Source: Candidatus Latescibacterota bacterium
GTDB taxonomy: Bacteria; Latescibacterota; UBA2968
Direction of reading: 5' to 3'
Length of the DNA: 64,000 nucleotides
Assembly: GCA_038279365.1 (NCBI GenBank)
Contig: JAYODI010000016.1
Location: 224 to 64,223, forward strand
Below the pieces are notes generated by a model. The model was given only the letters and a program-made list of their open reading frames with translations. It was not told the DNA's origin and made no database searches. Position 1 is the stretch's first letter; each line of letters starts with the position of its first letter. The translations under genes were made by a program, and so were the position numbers. Below are positions 1 to 8,725 of this stretch, piece by piece.

Positions 1-941
1 CCATCTTCTAATAAGTGAGTTGCAAAACTGTGTCTAAGTGTATGCATGGTCACACGTTTTGTAATTTGTGCTTTTGCTATTGTTCTTTGAAGCGTTTTTT
101 GAATGCTCCGCTCTGTTAAATGATGTCCTGTGCGCTGGCCTTCAAAAAGCCAATTTTTAGGATGATAGGCCTCTTGATAGATGGTAATTGCTCTATGTGC
201 GATTTTAGATAAGGGGACATAGCGATCTTTTTTACCCTTTGCTTTTCTGACATGGATCATGTTTCGGTCTGTATCTATATCTCGCGTTTTGATTCGAACG
301 GCTTCACTGACTCGTAAACCTGCAGAATAGGCCAAGATGAGTAAGGCACGGTGTTTCAGATTTTGCAAAGACTTAAAAATACGTATGATCTCTTGTCGGC
401 TTAAAACCACGGGAAGGAGGCGTTCCTCTTTTGGGCGAGGGATAGCCTCTACGGTATAAGGCATTTTTAAAATTTTGCGAAACAAAAACTTAATTGCACT
501 AATCACTTGGTTAATATAGTTACGAGAAACCTCTTTGTCATCTACTAAATGTAAAAGGTAGTCTCGGATTTCGGTTTCGGTGATTTCGGGGAAGGGTTTA
601 TCAAACATGGAAAGAAAACGTTTAATTTGATTGTGGTAGGTTTTGCGGGTATTGTAGCTGAAATGAAGAAGCTTCATTTCATTGTCAAGGGCACGCATAA
701 TCAAATCTAAATTGCGTGTCATTGTGTGATGATTGGGAGGGAGTATTTCGATTTTTTCGTCAGCAAAAAGCGTTTTTAACTGTTCGAGCGAAATATCGAA
801 TTGAGGAAGAACCCACACTTTGCGATTGGCATTCCAGCGCCTGTGAGATAAGGTATGCATTTTGGCAACGCGTTCTGGTGAATACGGCAAATGGACAATT
901 AAATTTTCACTTTCTTTGAAAATGCGAATGGTATTGTTCAT
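1..941 (-). CDS. tyrosine recombinase / phage-type integrase (C-terminus cut by window edge)
   Basis: Absent from the ORF track because it runs off the edge. My minus-strand translation from ATG 941 (SD AAGGAG at 949-954) gives MNNTIRIFKE...NYINQVISAIKFLF...LLILAYSAGLRVSEAVRIK...VRKAKGKKDRYVPLS...MHTLRHSFATHLLEDG. This shows the SAM-like N-domain and the catalytic R, K and HxxR of tyrosine recombinases. The last catalytic residues lie beyond position 1. Confidence 0.85.
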   Translation of the reverse strand, partial: MNNTIRIFKESENLIVHLPYSPERVAKMHTLSHRRWNANRKVWVLPQFDISLEQLKTLFADEKIEILPPNHHTMTRNLDLIMRALDNEMKLLHFSYNTRKTYHNQIKRFLSMFDKPFPEITETEIRDYLLHLVDDKEVSRNYINQVISAIKFLFRKILKMPYTVEAIPRPKEERLLPVVLSRQEIIRIFKSLQNLKHRALLILAYSAGLRVSEAVRIKTRDIDTDRNMIHVRKAKGKKDRYVPLSKIAHRAITIYQEAYHPKNWLFEGQRTGHHLTERSIQKTLQRTIAKAQITKRVTMHTLRHSFATHLLED

Positions 942-1055
942 ATGAAATCTCCTTGAATAAGTGGGTGTGCCTTCGCATATGAACAAGTATAGATAGAATT
1001 TGGGGTATGTGTCAGGATAATTTGGAAATGGGATATATTTTGAACAACATGTTCA
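934..1055. repeat. inverted repeats built from TGAACA half-sites around the integrase start
   Basis: TTGTTCATATG (934-944) and CATATGAACAA (976-986) form a perfect 11-bp inverted repeat bracketing the start codon and SD. A second palindrome, TGAACA-ACA-TGTTCA, lies at 1041-1055. Confidence 0.45.
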
Positions 1056-1110
1056 ACACGTTGGCTTAAATGGAAAAAAGTGTGCTATAAAGTTTGAGGC
1101 GTACATAAAC

Positions 1111-1147
1111 AAAAGACACCATTCGCAATTTACGGATGGTGTCTTTT
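1111..1147. terminator. hairpin, probable intrinsic terminator
   Basis: AAAAGACACCA / TGGTGTCTTTT form an 11-bp stem with a 15-nt loop, and U-runs are possible on both strands. It lies just downstream of the minus-strand PhyH gene. Confidence 0.5.
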
Positions 1148-1192
1148 GTGAGGTTTTATGAGCCAGTTGCTGAACCTTTGAAAGTCTAAATT

Positions 1193-2020
1193 TTAAGGCC
1201 GTCGGATGGGAATGGGGTCTAAAATTTGTCGTCTTTCGGGGGTTAATTTGTTTAGCAAATCGTCGGATTGTTCAATATTGAATCGCGTGCGAATGTGTTT
1301 GGGTGAATATCGATACACAACCGATCGGCGATATCCGTCATTGATACGCTCAGATGAGCCATGTGTGACAGCATCTGTAAAAAACAAAACATCGCCAGCC
1401 TTGAGATGTATTTCCTGCATACCAATTGCGGTTTGTGCCAACAATCCATCATTAAGACTGCCGACTTTTTCGCCATCTACCTGCAACCGTGGGTGGGTTT
1501 CGGTAACTTTGTGACTCCCAGGAATCAACACAGTGCCTCCATCGCCTAAGCCGATGTCTTCAAGTGCTATGAGCACATTAATTTGTCCCACCATCCATTC
1601 ACTGGTGTTGTGGTGTCGAAATGTGAAATATTGACGTGGAAAATGGCCACCGCTATGGATGTAGAGGTGGCCACCTTTTCCGCGAACGTTGAGAAAATTT
1701 TCATGAATAGACAAACCATTGTTGGGGGCAATGTATTTGCGCACCAAATGGATCCAAGCAGGGTAATCGATCAGTTTTTCAAAAACAGTTCCACCATCCA
1801 CAATGTTTTGAAAATTTACACCATCTTGGCCACCATAGCTTTGAGTTTCTATTCGCCCAATCCAACGCGATCGACCATCTGCATCTTTGGGAGTTATGAC
1901 ATAATCCCAATGATCATCTACCCATTGGTTCATGGCTGCCAAATCTGTTGTGGCTATGGCGTTTTCAAGAATGAGATATCCATTGAGATCGAATAGATAA
2001 TCTGTGAGTTGTTCGTCCAT
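1193..2020 (-). CDS. phytanoyl-CoA dioxygenase (PhyH) family Fe(II)/2-oxoglutarate oxygenase
   Basis: 275-aa ORF. Motifs DLNGYLILENAI, IHSGGH and GQINVLIALEDIGLGDGGTVLIPGSHK. Paralog of 6374..7204. Confidence 0.85.
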   Translation of the reverse strand: MDEQLTDYLFDLNGYLILENAIATTDLAAMNQWVDDHWDYVITPKDADGRSRWIGRIETQSYGGQDGVNFQNIVDGGTVFEKLIDYPAWIHLVRKYIAPNNGLSIHENFLNVRGKGGHLYIHSGGHFPRQYFTFRHHNTSEWMVGQINVLIALEDIGLGDGGTVLIPGSHKVTETHPRLQVDGEKVGSLNDGLLAQTAIGMQEIHLKAGDVLFFTDAVTHGSSERINDGYRRSVVYRYSPKHIRTRFNIEQSDDLLNKLTPERRQILDPIPIRRP

Positions 2021-2023
2021 ATC

Positions 2024-3988
2024 TTATTCCGTCCAGTTGGGCAAAGAGACGGTTGCTTGATAGTTGGAATAGTTGGATAATGAGTTGCGAATGGGGTTGT
2101 AGAGTTTGCCTGTTTTTGGGCCATCATCTTGGGTATAGACCCAGAGCTCATTGGGGTCCCAAACCACAATTTCATCGCGGCAATCGCCCGTAATATTGAG
2201 TACGGCATTGCACATGTCGGGGTGACCATCATCGGGAAATTGGACCACTGGTCTGCCCCACCCATCGAAAAGCCCACCCCAACGGGGGTTGGGGTTGTGT
2301 ACAAAATATTCGGTGCCATTGCCCGTCCAATTGATAGGCAGACACATCGACCCAAAAGGATTGGGTTCGGCATCGTGATAGATGTTGCCGTCTTTGTCAT
2401 AAAAGTGCAAAATGCCCTGATTGCCCCAAAAGTTAATGGACACCACTTGTAGACCTGGCAAGTCATCTCGTAGTTTTAACAGGGCAGGGTTTTGGCCATG
2501 ACCAATCCAGTGGTGTTTGAGAATGTTGCCATCCAAATCCGCAAAGAAAATGCCTGAGTCGCTACCGGCATACAAAATGGTGAGAGGGCCGTCATCGGGC
2601 GCATTAAAATTGCCAATGGCCACACCGTCAATGTGGTCTTGCAATGTATTTTCAATGTTCCACAGCTGAGTGCCATCATGGTCATAAAGGGCATGGCCCA
2701 AGGCCAGTTCATCTTTGCCATCGTTGTCAATGTCTAACGCAAAAGGATAATGCCCAGTACGGATTTCATCTTCCCATTGTATTTCAAGTTTTTCGTTGAG
2801 CATCCAAAAACGCCAATACCGGTCTTTGATCAAAATGTCACCTTTGTGACCTTGCCCACGCATGTCACAAAAGAAAAGGCTGTCGCCTAAGATTTGAGGA
2901 AACTTGTCTGCAGGAGGGTAGCTCTTGGGCGTGGGGGCCCTGTGTTTGACTTGTCCGGTTGCGCCATCGAGAATGATGATTTCTAAATTCATGCAATAGA
3001 CCACTTCGTTTTTGCCGTCGCCATCTACATCAACAATTTGAAAACCCACATCGTTGGTGAGGTGGTTGTTGTCGGGGTTGGGTTTGCCCACGCGCCACAA
3101 AACATCACCATCAAAGTTCAAGGCCGTGAGGCAAGAAAGCTCACAATAAGCATCTCGTGGGCCGTGATGATACACTTGTCCAATGAGCACATCGGGCACA
3201 CCATTGCCTGTGAGGTCGCCAAAACGCAAATTGCGCCCCACGCCAAACCCTTTGGTGCTAAACTTTTTCCAAAGCACGGGCTTGGGGTTTTGGGCGCGAA
3301 GATCGTCCAATTCTTTTTCACGTTTGTCGCGATGTATGTGAAAAGCGGTCAGTTCTTCTGTGGTTACGTGCACGCTGTGATATTGTGTGGGGCTATCAGA
3401 CAAGAGACCCATTTTGCCTTTGGGCCATGTGCTGTCGTGGGCTTCGAGCGTGGCCACATTTTCAATGCTGGCTTGAATGTGCGTGCCAGTGACCGTGACT
3501 GTGGCCGTATAGGTTTGCCCAGGTTCCCAAGCGCAGGTTTGGGTGGCCAATATCTTTTCATTGGGTTGGCGGTAGGTGACATCGTGTTGGCGCATCAAGA
3601 GGGTGACCGCGTCATTGTAAAAACCAAAGAAGTAATAACACCGATTGTTGTGATAGCGAAACACCACACCGTTTTGCCCTGTTTTTTCTTTGGGTGTAAA
3701 GGAGACAGTAAGGGTATAATTTTCCCAGAGAAAATCACCGGCATTGAGCATGGGATGTGTGTGCGTGTGTTTGTTTTGGATGGTTTGTGTGACGATGTTT
3801 TTGCCTTCTTGAGATTCGACATGCCAAGCCAAGCCACGATCCCCACCCGAAGCAAAACATGCCACACTCCAGTTGCCTTTGGGGGCGGCTTCTGGCAAAA
3901 AATGATACTCTGTGTGTGCCCCCACATTTGCAGAAAGTGTGCCTACGGGCAATTGATCAAACGCATCGGTGAGCAAGGTTGATGGCAT
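2024..3988 (-). CDS. FG-GAP/VCBS-type beta-propeller protein with N-terminal ConA-like (DUF1080-like) domain
   Basis: Long ORF with repeated Ca-binding loops VDVDGDGKNEVVY and DIDNDGKDELA. The start is set at ATG 3988 (GAGGA 7 nt upstream); the alternative start is 4018. The precise function is unknown. Confidence 0.6.
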   Translation of the reverse strand: MPSTLLTDAFDQLPVGTLSANVGAHTEYHFLPEAAPKGNWSVACFASGGDRGLAWHVESQEGKNIVTQTIQNKHTHTHPMLNAGDFLWENYTLTVSFTPKEKTGQNGVVFRYHNNRCYYFFGFYNDAVTLLMRQHDVTYRQPNEKILATQTCAWEPGQTYTATVTVTGTHIQASIENVATLEAHDSTWPKGKMGLLSDSPTQYHSVHVTTEELTAFHIHRDKREKELDDLRAQNPKPVLWKKFSTKGFGVGRNLRFGDLTGNGVPDVLIGQVYHHGPRDAYCELSCLTALNFDGDVLWRVGKPNPDNNHLTNDVGFQIVDVDGDGKNEVVYCMNLEIIILDGATGQVKHRAPTPKSYPPADKFPQILGDSLFFCDMRGQGHKGDILIKDRYWRFWMLNEKLEIQWEDEIRTGHYPFALDIDNDGKDELALGHALYDHDGTQLWNIENTLQDHIDGVAIGNFNAPDDGPLTILYAGSDSGIFFADLDGNILKHHWIGHGQNPALLKLRDDLPGLQVVSINFWGNQGILHFYDKDGNIYHDAEPNPFGSMCLPINWTGNGTEYFVHNPNPRWGGLFDGWGRPVVQFPDDGHPDMCNAVLNITGDCRDEIVVWDPNELWVYTQDDGPKTGKLYNPIRNSLSNYSNYQATVSLPNWTE

Positions 3989-4028
3989 GCTATAATCCTC
4001 ATTTTTGTGGAATGGCATATTTCAAGTC

Positions 4029-5363
4029 TTAATCAAGATATTTTTCAACCAACGCAACAAAGGCATCCCAACTTTTAATTTCCACGTGTGGCTCAGGGCC
4101 GTCGTTGGGGTCTTCTGCACGGTTATACCAAATGGCACCCATGCCAGCATTGCGCGCGGCAGCCACATCGTAGTGTGCCGAGTTGCCCACATACCAAACA
4201 TCGCGATTGGCAAAACCAAGCTTGGCGGCCGCGGTGTCCATGAGCAATGGATGGGGTTTGCGCACCCAATAATCGGCACTGGACATGAGAAATCGAAAAT
4301 AATCAGAAAGGCCTTGTTGTTCCAATTCCCACCACAAAGTACTGCCTGTAAAAGCGGCGTTGCTTACAATGCCTAAGGGAATGCCGTAAGCCTGAAGTTT
4401 TTGAAGCATGGCCTCTACACCCGGTTCGTGCTCCCACTTCATGGCGTGACGCCAAAAAACGCGTTCGACAGCGGCGTGATCTCTGTCGAATGTGATGTGG
4501 AGTGCTTCATAAACGTGGCGTTGAATGATGTGTGGGTGAAACTCAATTTGGGCCTGTTCCCGTCTGGGAACGAGGTCTTGGTTAATGCTCTCAATGCGCT
4601 CGTTAATGCTTTCTGCAGAATGTCCAAAGGGGTTGTTTGCAATCTTAAGCAAGGCCTCTGTACCTGCTGTTGGATCAAAGCGCAAATGGCGCAAGAGCGT
4701 ATCACCCAAATCAAACAGAATACCCAAAGGTTTTTCAAGTGAAATGGATAGTGGGGCGGGCTCTGTTTGGGTGGTTGTTTGGCTGACACGCTCGGGGCGT
4801 CTTTCGAGCTCTTCAATGGCTTGGCGTGTGATGTCTTTGATTTTTTCTTGGGTCTGGGTGGCCAACTCCGTTTGCATTTGTTGGAGCATGTTCTGCTCAG
4901 TTGGGTGTTCGTCTAAGGGCGCATTGCCATTGTTGCCATTTTCTAAATTGTCAAACAGGTCCTCTGGCTGGGTGTCGTCAAGGCCATTTGGTGTATCGCG
5001 ATCATCTAAGTCGTCTGGATTTTCGGGGTCTTCAAAAACATTTTGAATGATGTTTTGGAGTTCTTCCTCAAGTGTGGGCATTTCTTTTAAGAGCACTTCG
5101 GTATAAAAACGCAAACACCGCTCACACACACGGGGAGAATAGGTGGCGCGGTTGAGCAAGTGGCGGTATCCTTCGCTGGGGCGGCGGTTACAATTGTCAC
5201 AGCGTTGTGGCGAAGTGGTGATGGCCCAGCCCGTGACCAATTCGCCATCTAAAACCTCCAAACAGGTGCGAATACAGTCTGAGCAAATATTGAAGTTGGT
5301 GCCATACACAATACGGTCTACTTGGTTGTCTGGCACACGACAAAACGAACACCTTTGGGCCAT
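4029..5363 (-). CDS. fusion protein: two ClpX-type C4 zinc fingers, acidic linker, C-terminal HAD-superfamily hydrolase
   Basis: SD AGGAGG lies upstream. N-terminus CSFCRV..ICSDCIRTC, then CDNCNR..VCERCLRFY. The linker is rich in D/E/N/Q. The HAD motifs are ILFDLGDTLL (motif I), VSNA and a C-terminal GNS..D. Confidence 0.75.
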   Translation of the reverse strand: MAQRCSFCRVPDNQVDRIVYGTNFNICSDCIRTCLEVLDGELVTGWAITTSPQRCDNCNRRPSEGYRHLLNRATYSPRVCERCLRFYTEVLLKEMPTLEEELQNIIQNVFEDPENPDDLDDRDTPNGLDDTQPEDLFDNLENGNNGNAPLDEHPTEQNMLQQMQTELATQTQEKIKDITRQAIEELERRPERVSQTTTQTEPAPLSISLEKPLGILFDLGDTLLRHLRFDPTAGTEALLKIANNPFGHSAESINERIESINQDLVPRREQAQIEFHPHIIQRHVYEALHITFDRDHAAVERVFWRHAMKWEHEPGVEAMLQKLQAYGIPLGIVSNAAFTGSTLWWELEQQGLSDYFRFLMSSADYWVRKPHPLLMDTAAAKLGFANRDVWYVGNSAHYDVAAARNAGMGAIWYNRAEDPNDGPEPHVEIKSWDAFVALVEKYLD

Positions 5364-5428
5364 TTTAAAGCCTCCTAAAAGATCAATGGTATGCGCAAAT
5401 GATAAGGGTTAACGAGGGCCAAATCAAG

Positions 5429-6250
5429 CTAAACAAAAGATGGTTTTTCACTTTTGCGATATTGACTGGGGGTTTGTTCCCCTGCAAATTTTGCAAAGGC
5501 ATCATAAAATCGGCTGGGTGAAGCAAAACCCGCTTCATAAGCAATGGTCAATATCTTTTTGGGGGTGGTTAAAAGCTGGCGCTGTGCATGAGAGATGCGC
5601 AATCGGGTGATGTATTCCCAAATGCTCATGCCGCATTGGCGTTTAAATATTTGCATGAGGTAGTTGGGGTGGAGCCCCATTTGTTGGGCCAAATCTGTAA
5701 TGGCTATGGGCTCTGTATATTGCTCGCCAATAAGCCGTGTGATGTGCTCAAATTGGCTGATTTCACCCGACCCTGTTTCGGTGGGGCGCGTTGCCAAACG
5801 CAAATCGCGGGCAAGACGCCTAAAGAGGGCTTCTATTTCGAGCAATACAATGGTGGTGTTTTCTGCCGAAGCATCGGTTGTGTCTTTAAGCCACTGTGTG
5901 AGTTGGGGTTGGTAGTTGTTTTTTGGAAAAAGCAACCATCCATCTATGAGCAAACGCTCTTGCAGGCCTGACAACCGCCACTGTAAAAACCAAGCCAAAG
6001 GAATGGTCACCCAAATGCATTCGGCATTGGGGGCATGGGCCATCATTTGGTGGGGAAGACCACCCCATAAGACTGCCAAACGGTTTTCGGGAATGACGCA
6101 GAATTTTCCACCAACAAAGTAACGCATCCATCCCGATATGACAAAATTAAGCTCGATGGCTGTATGGGCATGGGGGGTAGGCATGATGCGATTTTGCAAG
6201 GCACCTTGCCAAATTTGGAAGCCCAAATGGGTGTTGGTTAGTGTATTCAT
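5429..6250 (-). CDS. AraC/XylS family transcriptional regulator (cupin sensor domain plus HTH)
   Basis: The C-terminal region ...IAITDLAQQMGLHPNYLMQIFKRQCGMSIWEYITRLRISHAQRQL...IAYEAGFASPSRFYDAF is a typical AraC double HTH. The start is trimmed to ATG 6250 (MNTLTN...); the track extension to 6424 is AT-rich low-complexity sequence. Confidence 0.85.
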   Translation of the reverse strand: MNTLTNTHLGFQIWQGALQNRIMPTPHAHTAIELNFVISGWMRYFVGGKFCVIPENRLAVLWGGLPHQMMAHAPNAECIWVTIPLAWFLQWRLSGLQERLLIDGWLLFPKNNYQPQLTQWLKDTTDASAENTTIVLLEIEALFRRLARDLRLATRPTETGSGEISQFEHITRLIGEQYTEPIAITDLAQQMGLHPNYLMQIFKRQCGMSIWEYITRLRISHAQRQLLTTPKKILTIAYEAGFASPSRFYDAFAKFAGEQTPSQYRKSEKPSFV

Positions 6251-6373
6251 GGCGGAGTATCTTAGGATTCGGGAAATTTTAACCCAGATTTGGGTAGAAA
6301 TATAGCAAATCATAAGGTAATATAACAACTTCAAATTTATTATGATGTAGATATGATATATAAAGGGGGCAAT
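6251..6373. promoter_or_regulatory. divergent promoter/operator region between the AraC regulator and a PhyH gene
   Basis: A 123-bp AT-rich spacer lies between divergently transcribed genes. No specific boxes could be assigned. Confidence 0.4.
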
Positions 6374-7204
6374 ATGATTCGCGATTTGGATGTGTACTTG
6401 TTTGATTTGAAGGGGTTTTTGCATTTGGAAGGGGCCTTGTCTGCTGACGAGGTCAAAGACTTAAATGCGTGTTTAGATGAAATTCCTTCTCTAAAGCCTG
6501 GTGAATGGCACGGGTATGTGCAAGGTCATTCATATGGAGATGTGACTTCTGGGGTGAACTATCAGCAGATCTATGAGGCGGGCAAACCGTTTGAAAATTT
6601 GATTGATCATCCGTCGTGGTTTGAGATGGTGAAGTATTTTGTGGGCGGAGAAGGCACATTTGATTACCACCACGGGCCTTTGTTTATTGATGAAAATTTT
6701 GCAAATTTTCGGGCTCCAGGAGAGGCCATTGGTTTGCATTCGGGTGGGTTCCCACCCATTCAGCGCAACCAGTTTCGGTATCATGGCGGGCGGTTTATGT
6801 GCGGGCAGGTCAATGTTTTGATGGCATTGACAGATATTGGCCCAGGAGATGGTGGCACCATGCTTATTCCTGGCAGTCATAAGTCCAATTTTAGACATCC
6901 CGAAATGGATCAGGCTAAGATGGGCAAAGACAGATCGGTAGATGGTGTGACGGCTGCAGTGGAAGTGTATATGAAGGCAGGAGATGCCCTGTTGTTTGTG
7001 GACGGGATTTCGCATGGATCGGCGATGCGCAAAAACGAAGGTTTGAGACGCATTGCAGTGTATCGTTATGGCCCTTCGTGGACAAACTTTCGACATGGTT
7101 ACCAACCATCGCCAGAGTTGTTGGAACGGCTCACACCACAACAGCGAAAAATTGTGCAACCACAAGTGCCCATTCCACGTGAGCCACAGGTACAGAAAAA
7201 GTAG
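6374..7204 (+). CDS. phytanoyl-CoA dioxygenase (PhyH) family oxygenase
   Basis: Motifs DLKGFLHLEGAL, LHSGGF and GQVNVLMALTDIGPGDGGTMLIPGSHK. ATG 6374 is preceded by AAGGGGG; the track start is 6353. Confidence 0.85.
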   Translation: MIRDLDVYLFDLKGFLHLEGALSADEVKDLNACLDEIPSLKPGEWHGYVQGHSYGDVTSGVNYQQIYEAGKPFENLIDHPSWFEMVKYFVGGEGTFDYHHGPLFIDENFANFRAPGEAIGLHSGGFPPIQRNQFRYHGGRFMCGQVNVLMALTDIGPGDGGTMLIPGSHKSNFRHPEMDQAKMGKDRSVDGVTAAVEVYMKAGDALLFVDGISHGSAMRKNEGLRRIAVYRYGPSWTNFRHGYQPSPELLERLTPQQRKIVQPQVPIPREPQVQKK

Positions 7205-7253
7205 GGATGATGTTGTTATTAGCAATTTCAACCCTGGCGCGATGCCTATAAGT

Positions 7254-7285
7254 AAGGGACAGCAAAACTGCTGTCCCTTTTTTCA
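7254..7285 (+). terminator. intrinsic terminator
   Basis: AAGGGACAGC-AAAACT-GCTGTCCCTT followed by TTTTT. It sits between the convergent genes 6374..7204 and 7308..8159. Confidence 0.65.
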
Positions 7286-7307
7286 TTTTACATTTTTAAT
7301 GTATTTT

Positions 7308-8159
7308 TTAACACGTGACGCCCAAACTTTCGCCCCCATAAAGGGCCATGCGATCTTCTTTGGTAAGGGCCACCGCGCTTTTGGGGCGGTAGTGATATTG
7401 TAGGGCGCGTCGGCGTTGGTTGGAGTGGTTGCTGGGGCTTCCGTGGTGCAAGAGACCGTGCCAAATGAGGCATCCACCGGCTTGCAAGGGCACGGTTGCA
7501 TCTTCTTCTACGGCAACGTCTGTGTCGCAAATTTGCCAATCGCGTTTGTTAAAGTGGGGTTTAGGGCCTTGTTTGTGTGAGCCTGGAATGATGTGCAAAC
7601 ATCCATTTTCGACGGTTGCTGGATCAATGGCAATCCAAACGCCTACAACGATGGTTTCGGCGGGGTAGTTAAAATAAGCACAGTCTTGATGCCAGGGCTT
7701 TTCTCGGCCAATGCGTGGGGGTTTAATCAGCCCCATATCTTGAAAAAGTACGGGTGTATCGTTCATTAACTTTGTGATGGTATTGATGAGCGTGGCATCT
7801 TGCGACAAGTCTTTGAGGCGTTGGTCATAATCAATAAATTGCCAGAGTTTGCGCACGGCATCTCGTCGGGCTTCTGATGTGAGTGCATCAAAATTGGCAC
7901 GTGTGCCAGCTTCGGCTTGCAGGCCCTTAAAGTTTGGGTTTTTGCCGTCAATCAAATCCCACATGGCTTGGCCTGCCGTTTGAATTTGTGTGGGGGTAAA
8001 GGCGTGCCGAACGGCGAGATAACCTTGTTCGTGAAATTGGGCAATTTCTGTTTCACCCATATCTTGGAACGTGTTGATATAATTGGCTTGGCGTTTAAAT
8101 TGATACAGATCGGGTGGGTGCTGATCTACTGGAACTTCATCGGGAACGGTGTTTGCCAT
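7308..8159 (-). CDS. phytanoyl-CoA dioxygenase (PhyH) family oxygenase
   Basis: Motifs FHEQGYLAVRHAF, PWHQDCAYF and LHIIPGSHKQG. The start is trimmed to ATG 8159 (GGAGG upstream) because the track extension overlaps the upstream gene. Confidence 0.85.
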   Translation of the reverse strand: MANTVPDEVPVDQHPPDLYQFKRQANYINTFQDMGETEIAQFHEQGYLAVRHAFTPTQIQTAGQAMWDLIDGKNPNFKGLQAEAGTRANFDALTSEARRDAVRKLWQFIDYDQRLKDLSQDATLINTITKLMNDTPVLFQDMGLIKPPRIGREKPWHQDCAYFNYPAETIVVGVWIAIDPATVENGCLHIIPGSHKQGPKPHFNKRDWQICDTDVAVEEDATVPLQAGGCLIWHGLLHHGSPSNHSNQRRRALQYHYRPKSAVALTKEDRMALYGGESLGVTC

Positions 8160-8172
8160 TGTGGCCTCCACG

Positions 8173-8571
8173 TTAATCAGACATGAGTTTGATATGTAGT
8201 TTTCGGGTGCGCGGTCCGTCGAATTCACAAAAATAAATGCCTTGCCAAGTGCCCAATACCAGACGTCCATTTTCAACGATGAGGGTTTCTGATGTGCCAA
8301 AAAAACAGGCTTTTACGTGAGAGGCAGAATTGCCCTCTAAGTGTTTGTAGCTTGGATCGTGAAAGGGAATGATTTTGTCAATGGCCATGAGAATATCACG
8401 CGCCACATCGGGATCGGCATTTTCGTTAACCGTGACGGCGGCTGTGGTATGGGGCACATAGAGTATGCACAGGCCACTTTGTAGGCCACTTTGGGTAATG
8501 TGGTCTTGGATGCGATCAGTAATGGGCACCAGTTCGTCGCGTTTGTGGGTTTGGATGGTGAGGGTATGCAT
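8173..8571 (-). CDS. YjbQ/UPF0047 family protein (secondary thiamine-phosphate synthase-like)
   Basis: MHTLTIQTHKRDELVPITDRIQ...GLCILYVPHTTAAVTVNENADPDV...GNSASHVKA...GTWQGIYFCEFDGPR is the characteristic family signature. The start is trimmed to ATG 8571. Confidence 0.85.
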   Translation of the reverse strand: MHTLTIQTHKRDELVPITDRIQDHITQSGLQSGLCILYVPHTTAAVTVNENADPDVARDILMAIDKIIPFHDPSYKHLEGNSASHVKACFFGTSETLIVENGRLVLGTWQGIYFCEFDGPRTRKLHIKLMSD

Positions 8572-8725
8572 AGCACAAATTAAGGCTTGTTTGTAGGCGC
8601 TGTCAAGGTGGTTGTTGTGATTGCTGATTGCTAAAAATGTGTGTATCATGGTCGTGTTGGTAATTTGTGAGCAACGTTTCTGATGGATGGTTGTGATCGC
8701 AGGTTTTTTTATTGGAGGTGGATTT

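Noticed and set aside
1-2020. Integron (intI with attI and a cassette array).
   Set aside because: The neighbouring genes are on the same strand as the integrase rather than divergent. They are large, carry their own signals, and no attC-like imperfect palindromes separate them.
5429-6424. Long N-terminal extensions offered by the track. These are the AraC gene to 6424, YjbQ to 8796, PhyH to 8300, the LarA-like gene from 25075, creatininase to 52101, the BNR gene to 53213 and the lyases to 58065 and 59981.
   Set aside because: The extensions overlap upstream genes or promoters, are low-complexity, and lack an SD. Internal starts with good SD sequences coincide with the beginning of family homology or of signal peptides.
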